Of a DNA stretch of 64,000 bases, positions 24,866 to 36,810 are shown one piece after another. The translations under genes were made by a program, and so were the position numbers. Every line of letters begins with the position of its first letter. Within the stretch, counting starts at the first letter, position 1. The stretch lies in NCBI RefSeq assembly GCF_006345805.1, contig NC_043000.1:35774001-35838000 (forward strand). The letters run 5' to 3'. Below the pieces are notes generated by a model that made no database searches, was not told the DNA's origin, and was given only the letters and a program-made list of their open reading frames with translations. This stretch comes from Octopus sinensis. Taxonomy: Eukaryota.

Positions 24866-24907
<42 letters not shown>

Positions 24908-25685
24908 GTCTATCTGTCTGTCTGTCTGTCTGCCTGCCTGCCTGCCTACCTGCCTGTCTGTCTGTCTGTCTGTCTGTCCATCCACACACACACACACGCC
25001 CGCGCACACACAATGAAATGCGTCGAAAATGCTACCGATTTCAATCACTCAACAAGAGGAAGACCTAAATAAAGGGAAAATGAAATAAATGAAATTAAAT
25101 TCCCGAACTATTTCAATTTACTTTTGCTTTCCTTTCAGCATGACTAAATCTTATTTTAAAACGATAAAATCGGTAGCACATTTTGATAGAAATGCAGATT
25201 TTTCATGTTTTTATTCGTGATACAGTTCTCAAATCATTTCTTTTCTTTTTTAGTATAAATTTAATTCGCAGGAAACCTCTTAACCTTTTCAAAATGCATA
25301 CATACACTCATGCATACGCACATATTTACATTTATGAAAGTTTCATACTGATCTTTATGGTATACAAAGCTATTTAACTGTTATGGTTAGGCCACAACTA
25401 GATTCTACCTAATCCCCAAATAGTAATATCTAATCTTCATGCAAACCCAGAATAGAGTATGGCTACTTGTGAAAAGTGGATAAAGAAACAAACAAATAAA
25501 ACGGTAGGAGTTCAAAAAGAACGAGATAAAAGCGAGAAAGTGGGGACCCTTAAATATTTCTTTTGTAAGTCGAGTTATGCCTCGTAGATTGTCTGCGTAT
25601 CTTCAGTGGAATAATTTTTAGAAAAGACCAGAAAAGGTTCGATCTTAGACAATATGATTTTTCTATCAGATCTAATGTTTTAAAG

Positions 25686-25958
25686 CAGTGGTTTCCAAAA
25701 TGGGCGGTGTTGCTCCCTTGGGGGCGGTGGAAAATTCCAAGAGGGCGTTAAAGAAAAGTGGGGCCATAATAGGGTAGCGATTCATGTAAAACACCAAAAT
25801 AATAGGTTCATTAGGTTAAGTTTTATTTGTGAAATACAGTTGCTTTGGATTTGCTTCAGAAAGAGGTCTATGTTTGTGATGGTTAGTTGGGGCAGGAGCG
25901 CTAGGAATGTGGTCAGGATTCAAGGGGGCGGTAGCCTGAAAACGTTTGGGAGCCACTG
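25686..25958. mobile_element. hAT-type MITE
   Basis: TIRs CAGTGGTTTCCAAA / rc CAGTGGCTCCCAAA; perfect 8-bp TSD TTTTAAAG at 25678-25685 and 25959-25966. Confidence 0.9.
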
Positions 25959-26974
25959 TTTTAAAGTCAAGTTTTTGTGTGCATCAAGTTTGTGTGAACG
26001 TGTACATGTGTATGAGACGGTGAATTTATAGCAGCTTGTCTCCAAACGGTTTCTATGTGGTCAGTTATTTTTCAAGGTCGTATCCTAATCGCTAGAATGA
26101 TTTGCTTAATGTGTTGGTTTATGTAAAATGATGTTTATGGAAAAAGTCCATGTCATCAGATGTGAAGATTGTGAAGCTCTGTCTTAGGAGATATTTGACA
26201 AATCAATGCGTCTAATATGTGGTGTACAGTGTTGTGCAAGTTAGCAGGCGTGGCTGGGAGGTAAGACGTTTGCTCTGGGTTCAATCCCACAACATAGCAC
26301 CTTGGGCAAGTGTCTTCTACTATAGTCACAGGCTGACCAAAGCCTTGTGAGTAGATATGGTAGATCGTCGTATATAAATGTGTGAGTGTGTGTGTGTATG
26401 TGTCTTTGTGGTTGTCTCTCACCACCGCTTGACAACCGGTGCTCGTGCGATTACGTCTCCGTAACATAGCGGTTCGGCCTAAGATATTGATAAAATAAGT
26501 AGCAATCTTAAAAGAAGTACTTAAGTCGATTCATTTGGCCTCATTTTGCTTCAATGCAATGACCCTGCATGGCCGCTGTCTAATACTAAAAGATCGCTAT
26601 AAATTAAATGAAGGCCAGGCTAAGCGCTAGCTTGATGGAAGTGAAATTTTTGTATAAATTTGAAGAAACTAAATACTGAATTTAACGATGACAAAGTGCC
26701 CCGGTTTGTCAAATATGTGAGCTTTCTCCACTGTACAAAGTTGATATATCCTTGTCCCTTAGGTATTTGATCAACCTCTTTCAAGAACTCCTTACCTAAT
26801 TTCGTAATCCTTGTTGAAGTTTTTTAGTTTCCAAATATGGCGAGCCTGTGAGGTGGATGTCTCAACTCGATGACGTATCTAAAGATCGGATTCGGATTAA
26901 AACCCTTTGTATGGATTTACTTGAACCCAGCTGAAGTTGCCATACCACGCCTACCAGTCGAGAAAAGGCTTTAT

Positions 26975-27137
26975 ATTGTTAAGGTTGGTGGCTGTGCGGT
27001 AAGAAGCTTGCTTCTGAACCACATGGTTTCGGTTTCGGTTCCACTGTGTGGCGCCTAGGACAATTGTCTTATACTATAGCCTCAGACCAACCAAAGACTT
27101 GTGAGTGGGTTTGGTTGGCGGAAACTAAAAGAAGCCC

Positions 27138-27174
<37 letters not shown>

Positions 27175-27415
27175 ATATATCTTTATATATACGTGTGTGT
27201 GTGTGTGTGTGTTTGTGTGTGTGTTTGTCCTCCCATCACTGCTTGATAACCGGTGTTGGTGTATTTAGGACACCGTAACTTAGCAATTCGAAAAAAGACA
27301 CCGATATGATAATTATCAGGCTTTAAAAAATGTACTGGGATTATTTCAATCGATGGAGAAGTCCTTGAAGGCGGTGCCCCACCATGGTCGCAGCCTAATA
27401 ATTGAAACAAGTTGC
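26975..27415 (+). mobile_element. SINE family A
   Basis: Head gtggctgtgcggtaagaagcttgc, internal (CT)n/(TG)n, tail ggcggtgccccaccatggtcgcag; an older copy lies at about 26245-26600. Confidence 0.75.
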
Positions 27416-27997
27416 AGGTAAAAGAAGGTATCTCTGTGTGGTAAGAAGCTTGCTTCCCAACCATATACGTAAATGTCGAACGATGAAAATGAGTGCTCAA
27501 CACCGCATTGGTGGAGAGAATTTCTTTATTTGTGTATTAAGGCTACCATTAGTTTCATGTTAATATCTTAACAATTTTTGAAGTCGATCACATGGAAGAA
27601 TGGTGTTCGTCTCCGTGTGTACGTATACATGGTAGTGGCGGATGGTAGATCTCCGTCGGTTTCGGTGACGTGGTTTCAAATGTTCAATCAACTGGGTTAC
27701 CTGCTCCTGAATTAAAGGGTGAATGGTCGATTATTCCATGAGAATCTGTGTGACAAAAAGTGTGACAAAGTTGAAGCTTTTCAATTTTCTGTTACAATCC
27801 TCTTGAGCTTTTGTACAGTTTCCATTCAGTTAATTTCACTCACAATGAACGGATTAACCCGAGTTTCTAAGAAATGACATTCGCTGAAGACTGAGGCAAA
27901 AAGTTAAAAATTACACACACACACGCACACACACGCACGCACACACACACACACGCACGCACACACACACACACACACCACACACACACACACACAT

Positions 27998-28185
27998 CCG
28001 TGGAACAAGCTGCCAGACGAGATGGTGAAGATGCCGACGACCGCTTTGTTCAAAGTCTCCCTTGACCTCAAGTGGCCTGAGCTCTTTACATGAACACCAC
28101 CCTGTACTTAACTCCATGTCCCCCTACATGGCCTTGCTATTTGCTTTTGAGCCAAATTAACTAACTAACTAACTAACTAACACAT
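27998..28185 (+). mobile_element. CR1-type LINE extreme 3' end
   Basis: PWNKLPDEMVKMPTTALFKVSLDLKWPELFT*, then a short UTR and (AACT)n tail. Confidence 0.7.
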
Positions 28186-28232
28186 ACACACACCCGCACT
28201 ACATCTTAGGCAAATAGTTATATATATATATA

Positions 28233-28830
28233 TATTTCTTTATTGCCCACAGGGAGCTAAACATAGAGAGGTCAAACAAGACAGATAAAGGAATTAAGTC
28301 GATTACATCGACCCCAGTACGTAACTGGAACTTATTTAATCGATCCCGAAAGGATGAAAGGCAAAGTAGACCTCGGCAGAATTCGAACTCAGAACGTAAC
28401 GGCAGAAGAAATACCTATTTCTTTACTACCCACAAGGGGCTAAACACAGAGAGGACAAACAAGGAAAGACAAACGGATTAAGTCGATTATATCACCCCCA
28501 GGGCGTAACTGGTACTTATTTCATCGACCCCGAAAGGATGAAAGGCAAAGTCGACCTCGGCGGAATTTGAACTGAGAACGTAACGGCAGACGAAATACCT
28601 ATTTCTTTATTACCCACAAGGGGCTAAACACAGAGGGGACAAACAAGGACATACATAGGTATTAAGTCGATTACATCGACCTCAGTGCGTAACTGGTACT
28701 TAATTTATCGACCCCGAAAGGATGAAAGGCAAAGTCGACCTAGGCGGAATTTGAACTCAGAACGTAACGACAGACGAAATACGGCTACGCATTTCGCCCG
28801 GCGTGCTAACGTTTCTGCCAGCTCGCCGCC
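28233..28830 (-). mobile_element. SINE family B concatemer: one head + three bodies
   Basis: Body starts at 28233, 28416, 28600 (period 183-184); single head ending at 28830. Confidence 0.9.
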
Positions 28831-29228
28831 TACGTAAAATACCGTTAAGCATTTCGCCAGATTTTCCGCAAATAGTTGCTTAAACAGAAACGCAATTTCT
28901 TGACTTCTCTTGTATGGAGTTGGCGACGTCTTTATAATAATACTAGAACGAGAACCAGAAGTGAATGCTAAAATGTGAGCTTGAAGCCGAAGTCTTTGCA
29001 CGTTTCGTTCACAAAGGACTTTTAAACGAAAGAACATACGAGTAAATGTTTTCTTCAAACTTTCCGTAAATATTTCCAAAAAAATCCAAACAAGATTCTT
29101 CAACAGAAAACCAGTTTCGGTTTAGCAGCCGACGATCGGAAACGAGTAACCCCGAATAATGGAAATTGGGGGCTTTTCAGTTTAATGTATTAGAAACTAC
29201 ATTTGTATTGAGTTCTGTATAACAGAGT

Positions 29229-29280
<52 letters not shown>

Positions 29281-29499
29281 AAGAAAGATAGTGAAAAAAG
29301 AGATAGAAACAACAAACTTTTACATCTTCTCAAAAAAATTTGTTGCATCTGATGAGGAATGCAGGACCATGGGAGCTTCATGGGTTGACAGGAAGTAGTA
29401 GTAGGAGAGAGAAACAGTGCTAGAGTGGTAGAAGGAGTGATGAATGAAATGAGGACGAGAGTGAAGTGAAAGGATAAGATGAATTGAGAGGGGAGTTGA

Positions 29500-29850
29500 A
29501 GGATAAGAAGAGATGTAGGTGTAATGTATGAACCGTTGTCTCCTCTGTGTCCCTGAGATGCCGCACCCTGATAAGTGGGTAATGGTGTTGAAGTGGGTGG
29601 CCACAGTGAAATTGCCGCGACGAGTGGAAAGTCTAACGCTTCGGACAGAGTCTTTCATCAGGAAGTAGTGTTGAAGTGGGTGGCTGCAGACATAGTTGCA
29701 CACTTCAAATGTGCTCCTGAAAGCGATCGGCAGTGCACCAGCCTGTTTTCCTGAAGTGCGTCGCAAGGTTTGCACAGGATGCAATAAATTTGGACGATGT
29801 GTAACAGAAGTTCTAGGTAATGTGATATTGTGACTTAGGTCCAGTGATGG
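29500..29850 (-). mobile_element. Penelope-like element, GIY-YIG endonuclease fossil
   Basis: Translation ITGPKSQYHIT*NFCYTSSKFIASC..KTGWCTADRFQEHI*SV and VATHFNTITHLS, matching PLE endonuclease motifs (ITGPK, GxTGR.L.DRF.EH, VA.HFN). Confidence 0.7.
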
Positions 29851-30049
29851 TTGTAGTGTTACTAACATAGAGGAAAGTGTTGCATTTTTGGCGAGCGCAT
29901 TTAAAAGAGCCTTCTAGTGAATCATGTCCACATATGAAACTCCTTGGTCCTACGTTCCTTTTTAGTTGTAGCCAGGAATGAAATTAAAGAAATTTTATAT
30001 TAGGGGATGTAAAGCTGTTTTCTTTCTTTAATTTCATTCTTGTCAACTT

Positions 30050-30092
30050 TTCCTGATGAAAGACTCTGTCCGAAACGTTAGACTTTCTACTC
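30050..30092 (+). ncRNA. Hammerhead-like core (PLE terminus), inverted copy of 29622-29664
   Basis: CTGATGA-A-AGACTCTGTCC-GAAACGTT; 41/43 identical to rc of 29622-29664; stem I not evident. Confidence 0.5.
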
Positions 30093-31015
30093 CTCCCAGC
30101 AATTTCCCTGTACTCTTTCTGTAGATTTTTACTAAATAATACAAGTCTAGACCAACACAAGTCTATTTGGATTGTGTTTTATTGCACGCGTGCGTATTTG
30201 CTTGCGGTGTGTATATGCATGTGTATGCAATATATGCATGCATGTATGTATGTATGTATGTATGTATGTATGTATGTATGTATGTATGTATGTATACCTT
30301 TCTTTCCCTGATGAATCCTCTGTACCTCTTTGCTCTGTTGCTCCTGCACGCATCGCTTGTTGTCGTTGTCGTTGTTGTTGTGCAGCCTTAAATCAGCCTT
30401 AATCCTATAGACAACCCAGCCATGATCATCCTCTGTTTTTTTCCAGACAAAGTGCAACCAGTCCGCTCCACATCTTCCAAGTGTTCATCTTTAAAGTGGT
30501 AAAGTGCGTAATTTGGGTTAACATTTTGGTTTTTAGCTGCTGTTTCTAACGTAGAAAACTGCTCACTGTCTCCTGTTTGCATGACAAGAACGAGAACAAC
30601 AACAACAGCAACAACAACAACAACAACAACAACAACAGCATTAACCGCTACAACAACAAATTGCTTAATTAACATCTCTCTGTGTTAAGGAAATGGAAGA
30701 ATGTTATACGTTTCACACATCAAATATTTACCAGCCTCCTCCTCTTCTTCTTCTTCTTCTTCTTCTTCTTCTTCTTCTTCTTCTTCTTCTTCTTCTGCTT
30801 CTTCTCCTCCTCCTCCTCTTCCTCTTCCTCTTTTGATTCTCCTTTTCCTTTATTTTTTTTTTCAAATTTTCTTCTATGACGTATCAGTTGCTATGGTGAT
30901 CAGGATTTCTAATGACTTGGTAATGCTTCCCTCCATCCAGCACTTGTTCTCTCTCTCTCTCTCATCTCCTCTCCCTCTCTCCACCTCTCCACCTCACTCT
31001 CCTATGTCTCTCTTC

Positions 31016-31074
<59 letters not shown>

Positions 31075-31211
31075 AGTGTATATATTCATTCCGGTTTTCT
31101 CTCGTTCAAATAACCGTTTCTTTCCTTCTCATAGTCTATCTGCACCTCTTTCAAATCTTTCTTTCTTTCATTCCACATTTTCTCCTCCTTCTCCCTCCGC
31201 ATATCTTCTCT

Positions 31212-31243
<32 letters not shown>

Positions 31244-31849
31244 GTCTCTCTGTCTCTCTTCCTATCTGCTCTCACCACAACCAATTCTCCGTCCCTCTCT
31301 CTTTTTAGCTCAATCTCCCCCTCACCTCTCGCTTCGTTATCTTCACTTCTCGTTTAACCTTCTTTTATCTTCAACTCGATTTTTCTCCTCTTCCTCCTCC
31401 TCACTCATTCCTCATCCTCATCTTTCTTAATTCCACACCCTTTCCTTTTATTATTTTTTACTCGTCTCTCTCTGTCTCTCTCTTCCTGTCTTCTCTCTGT
31501 TCTCCCACCTCTCACCTTATATACTTTTACACAAATACATTTATGCATACACACGTGTCCCCCACACCCACACTCTCACCTCTCTCTCTCTCTCTCACTG
31601 TGTCTCTCAGTCTCTCTGTCTTTCTGTCAGTCTTCAGTCTCTCTCCTTCTATTCTACCCCATAGCCATCTCTAAGCCATTCTTCCTTCTAATTATCTCAA
31701 CGTTTGTATTGTTGTAAGTAACTCGGTGTGTAGCTTGTTTGCTGTGCACATTGGTGTACTGTGTTACTTTTGATGTAGTGTATTGGCGTGGGTAACCCAT
31801 TGATGGGATGTTTATATGTCTGATGTGTACTGTTGCGTTGAGGAGATGT

Positions 31850-32640
31850 CTGATACAACATTTTAGTGTGTTACGAATCTGTTTGATGTAGCATTTCAGT
31901 GTTACAAAGCTATGTGATACAACATTTTAGTGTGTTACAAAACTGTTTGATGCAGCATTTTGTGCGTTACAAAGGAAGGGATGCATCATTTTGGTATGTT
32001 ACAAAGCTGTTTGATGTAGCATTTCAGTGTTACAAAGCTGTGTGATACAACATTTTAGTGTGTTACAAAACTGTTTGATGCAGCATTTTTGTGCGTTACA
32101 AAGGAAGGATGCATCATTTTGGTATGTTACAAAGCTGTTTGATGTAGCATTTCAGTGTTACAAAGCTGTGTGATACAACATTTTAGTGTGTTACAAAACT
32201 GTTTGATGCAGCATTTTTGTGCGTTACAAAGGAAGGGATGTATCATTTTGGTATGTTACAAAGCTGTTTGATGCAGCGCTTAGATGTTTTACAATGCTGT
32301 TTTATGTAGCATTTTGGTTTGTTGCGAAGGTATTTGATGCATAATTTTGGTGTGTTACGAAGTTGTTTGATGAAGCATCTTGGTGGGTTACAAAACTGTG
32401 TGATGTGGCATTTTGGTGTATTGTGAGGCTGCTTGATGCTGCATTTGTGTGTTACAAAGCTGTTTAATACAGCATTTTGATGTGTTACGAAGCTGTTTGA
32501 TGCAACACTTTAGTCTGTTGCGAAGCAGTTTGATGCAACATTTTGGCGTGTTGCGCCGCTTTCTGATACAGTGTGGCGAGTAGCTGTTTGATGTGTATCA
32601 GTGTGATTTGTTACTTTTGATGCAGTGTTTATTTGTCTGT
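31850..32640. repeat. About 32-bp minisatellite with a 128-bp higher-order repeat core
   Basis: tgatacaacatttt anchors at 31915, 32043, 32171 (period 128 = 4 x 32); degenerate monomers flank it and continue to about 33310. Confidence 0.85.
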
Positions 32641-32646
32641 ATAGGT

Positions 32647-33030
32647 GGAGGCGCAATGGCCCAGTGGTTAGGGCAGCAGACTCGCGGTCGTAGGATCGTG
32701 GTTTCGATTCCCAGACCGGGCGTTGTGAGTGTTTATTGAGCGAAAACACCTAAAAGGCTCCACGAGGCTCCGGCAGGGGATGGTGGTGATCCCTGCTGTA
32801 CTCTTTCACCACAACTTTCTCTCACTCTTACTTCCTGTTTCTGTTGTACCTGTATTTCAAAGGGCCGGCCTTGTCACTCTCTGTGTCACGCTGAACATCC
32901 CCGAGAACTACGTTCAGGGTACGCGTGTCTGTGGAGTGCTCAACCACTTACACGTTAATTTCACGAGCAGGCTGTTCCGTTGATTCGGATCAACCGGAAC
33001 CCTCGTCGTCGTAACCGACGGAGTGCTTCC
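32647..33030 (+). mobile_element. tRNA-derived SINE family C
   Basis: A-box TGGCCCAGTGG, B-box GGTTTCGATTCC; flanked by ATTTGTCTGT at 32631-32640 and 33031-33040; near-identical to 35526-35902. Confidence 0.88.
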
Positions 33031-34130
33031 ATTTGTCTGTGTTTGATGTGCATTGGGTGCGGCGTAAAGTAGTTTGATGTGTTGTGTTAGTGTTGTGTTT
33101 AGCGGTTTGCTGTAATGTGTTGGTGTGTGGTACTATTTGATGCGTTGTTAATCTGTTTGATGTCATGTGGTGCGTAAGGAGTTTGATGTTGTGTTTTGTA
33201 AACGTTTGATGTAGTGCGTTGGGTGTGGTTAATAGACATTTGACGTTAGGTGTATCATGCGTAGGTTTTTGATGAGGTGTCTTGGTGTGAGGTGTAGGAA
33301 TTTGATGTTACGTGTGACAGTTCGATATCAAAGGATGGGTGAGTAGAGCAGTTCATTGATGAAGTGTACAGTGTTGTTTAACTTCAAGTCGGTTTTTATC
33401 CGCCAGACCTATGATCAATGACATTCCAGTTGCGACCGTCCCATGCCATATTTGTAGTAAAAAGCGTTTTAGCAAAATATTTTTGAATGAAGATAAACGA
33501 GAGTTAGTTCGTAAGAAAGTTCTTTTGGCGATAATCTGCGAGTAATGCATAATTAATTTGAAAGGACTAATTTCATTGATTGAAAAATATACAAGCCGAA
33601 GCCGTTTTGGTTTTTGACCGAAAATTATTCCAAAAGATTGTTTCTGGACGCTTCAAGAAATTTCCAATGAAGCTTATAAAAACCACAATTTTCCCATGTT
33701 TTTTAGTGACATTTACGCTGTCCTCACGAAGCTATGCCACACACAGCCTTGCGTGCCTCGTAGTGTTGAAATGTCTCTGACACTAACGCAGCGGCATTAT
33801 TCTCTATTATGACCTCAAGTCATTTATCTAAACTTTATCTCAGAATTCTTTGATGAATTAGTTAAGGAATTTTATTTTGTCATCTCTTTACGACAAGTTA
33901 TCTTTAGAAAAATAAAAACTAGAAAATGTTATTCATTCCACTGCCTTGGCTTAATCTTTAAGAAGGAACAGAGGGAGATTACTCCTGATGTATATTTTAC
34001 AATTGTCATTATTCATTTCTATAAAATAAAAGACATATTGATCAAAATAATTCGAATCTGATCTTTTGCATTCCACAATGATTGTTCTATTAACTACTTC
34101 AAGTTGCACGAGAAAGCCATAAAGGAAAAA

Positions 34131-34292
34131 GATTTACATTATTTACATTTGACGAATATTTGTCCTCATCTTGTTTGTTGTTAACACAACATTTCGGCTG
34201 ATGTACTCTCCAGCCTTCATCAAGTGTCTTGGAGAAATTTCGAACCTGGGTTCTCATTCTTAAGGTATTTTTCGATGATGCTGTTGTTGTTG

Positions 34293-34339
<47 letters not shown>

Positions 34340-34429
34340 ATTATTATTATTATTCGGGTCACTGCTGGGAATCGAACTCGGAATCTTGGGGTTAGTAGCC
34401 CGCGCTCTTAACCACTACGCCATATGCCC
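34131..34429 (-). mobile_element. Composite element: tRNA-like Pol III head + (AAT)n + PLE-type hammerhead tail
   Basis: Head 34356-34429 with A-box TGGCGTAGTGG and B-box GAGTTCGATTCC; hammerhead fold at 34183-34228. Confidence 0.75.
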
Positions 34430-35028
34430 TTGTACATAATTCCCCATCTCTTAAATATAGAACTGGAAAAAAGATTTATACGCCACATACAACATATCTA
34501 TACAAAACAATTCAATTTGTTTTCAATTAAAACCTTGCGGAGATGTTGCACCAAGACACATTATTTTCTGCTTAAATTAAATGATCTTGATAGTTAAACT
34601 GTTGACCCCTGGATAACTAGAACAGTGGAACTGATAACAAGAACTCATCCATCCAGTCCAGTTAAACTGCTAACCTCTTCCATATACACGCACGCAAAAA
34701 AAGGAATTACATATACACAAAATGGAAGATATTTTTTTCATATTAAATTTTTGATTAAATTAACGAATAATCCGGCAATTTTCGTGGAAAATTTACTACT
34801 TTTCCAAATTTTGTAACCTTGGAATATCCTTGGTTTGCATATCCTTCAATATTGATTTCTTTTTTTTTATATTAATATTTCTATTTTGTTTCAATATTTC
34901 ATTAGAATCGCTCTTTTCCGTTTTTTCTTTAAACTGATTTTCGTTTTCTTGAGTGAAGGTGGATTCAACGAAAGCCTTTTAAAACCTATCCCCGCTTACT
35001 GTCCGCTTTTCCTTGTACATCCAATATC

Positions 35029-35443
35029 TATTTCTTTACTACCCACAAGGGGCTAAACACAGAGAGGACAAACAAGGACAGACAAACGGATTAAGTCGAT
35101 TATATCGACCCCAGTGCGTAACTGGTACTTAATTTATCGACCCCGAAAGGATGAAAGGCAAAGTGGACCTCGGCGGAATTTGAACTCAGAACGTAACGGC
35201 GGACGAAATACCTATTTCTTTACTACCCACTTGGGGCTAAACACAGAGAGGACAAACAAGGACAGACAAACGGATTAAGTCGATTATATCGACCCCAGTG
35301 CGTAACTGGTACTTATTTAATCGACCCCGAAAGGATGAAAGGCAAAATCGACCTCGGCGGAATTTGAACTCAGAACGTAGCGGCAGACGAAATACCGCTA
35401 AGCATTTCGTCCAGCGTGCTAACGACTCTGCCAGCTCGCCGCC
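35029..35443 (-). mobile_element. SINE family B concatemer: one head + two bodies
   Basis: Bodies at 35029 and 35213; 14-bp TSD TTGTACATCCAATA at 35013-35026 and 35444-35457. Confidence 0.92.
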
Positions 35444-35525
35444 TTGTACATCCAATACCATTGTTTCTTTTCTTTGACACTATTTTGTAAGTTCGCATTT
35501 ATCTAGGACACAATGAATGACGAGT

Positions 35526-35902
35526 GGAGGCGCAATGGCCCAGTGGTTAGGGCAGCGGACTCGCGGTCATAGGATTGCGGTTTCGATCCCCAGACCGGGC
35601 GTTGTGAGTGTTTATTGAGCGAAAATACCTAAAGCTCCACGAGGCTCCGGCAGGGGATGGTGGTGATCCCTGCTGTACTCTTTCACCACAACTTTCTCTC
35701 ACTCTTACTTCCTGTTTCTGTTGTACCTGTATTTCAAGGGGCCGGCCTTGTCACTCTCAGTGTCACGCTGAATATCCCCGAGAACTACGTTAAGGGTACA
35801 CGTGTCTGTGGAGTGCTCAGCCACTTGTTAATTTCACGAGCAGGCTGTTCCGTTGATCGGATCAACTGGAACCCTCATCGTCGTAACCGACGGAGTGCTT
35901 CC
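35526..35902 (+). mobile_element. tRNA-derived SINE family C
   Basis: 15-bp TSD CAATGAATGACGAGT at 35511-35525 and 35903-35917. Confidence 0.92.
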
Positions 35903-36054
35903 CAATGAATGACGAGTAGCATCATTTCGTAAGAAAACATGTGTCCACGTCTTAATATCTGATGGAATATAAGGTTTTGTTGTCTGTAAACGAGTTGGAA
36001 AAGAACATAAACTTGACAAATTAAGTCTTGATAATATAATCTGCAGGATTATTT

Positions 36055-36243
36055 GGCATAGGAACGGATTCTTCAAACATTTGACCTGCTAATGTCAACG
36101 GAGAACCATATATGGTTGGCATAGGAACGGTTTCTTCAAACATTTGACCTGCTAATGTCAACGGAGAACCATATATGGTTGGCATAGGAACGGATTCTTC
36201 AAACATTTGACCTGCTAATGTCAACGGAGAACCATATATGGTT
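36055..36243. repeat. 3 x 63-bp tandem repeat
   Basis: Units start at 36055, 36118, 36181; one substitution among them. Confidence 0.92.
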
Positions 36244-36431
36244 CCTAGTTATTACATAATGAGCAACTTGGGGAATAAGGAACCTTCACAGCTCTTTCAA
36301 CTTACATCCTGTTTCCCGAAAAATGGAAGGAAGGTATATTAGATAATGCAGTCCTAGCAAGACATTTTGTGTGAATATGATCTTCTGGGTCAAGGTTCAT
36401 ATAACGTTACTGAAATTACAAGCCCGTCGTC

Positions 36432-36472
<41 letters not shown>

Positions 36473-36559
36473 GTATAGATATATAGATATATGCATACAT
36501 ACACATATGTGTGTGTGTGTATATATATATGTATGTATATATATATGTGTATATATATG

Positions 36560-36615
<56 letters not shown>

Positions 36616-36810
36616 TGTGTGTATATATATATCATACATACGCACACACACACATACACACACATATATATATATATGTATATATATGTATTATATATAT
36701 ATATGTAGTATATGTATAATAAATTTCCTCTATTTACATAATATTGAGGTCTCTTTCTTTCTTTGTTATCTTACCGTTTTTACCAATATATAATATATAT
36801 ATATATATAT

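Larger units (their letters stand above)
34950..36390 (-). mobile_element. Ty3/Gypsy integrase C-terminal remnant interrupted by two SINEs
   Basis: With the SINEs removed the motifs fall in order: VLLGL, IYGSPLTLAGQMF, YIPSDIKTWTHVFLRNDATRHSLCPR*MRTYKIV, KRTVSGDRF*KAF (Gypsy VYG..L.LPG.F, P.DL...THVFVR.DA, TVSIDRLKPA). Confidence 0.72.

Noticed and set aside
34356-34429. Possible genuine tRNA gene (Thr/Ser-like, ACT loop)
   Set aside because: Acceptor stem is mismatched, there is no T-run terminator, and a diverged second copy exists at 9965-10037; it is a SINE head
36021-36224. 21-aa repeat protein
   Set aside because: Explained as a triplicated Gypsy integrase motif in a decayed element
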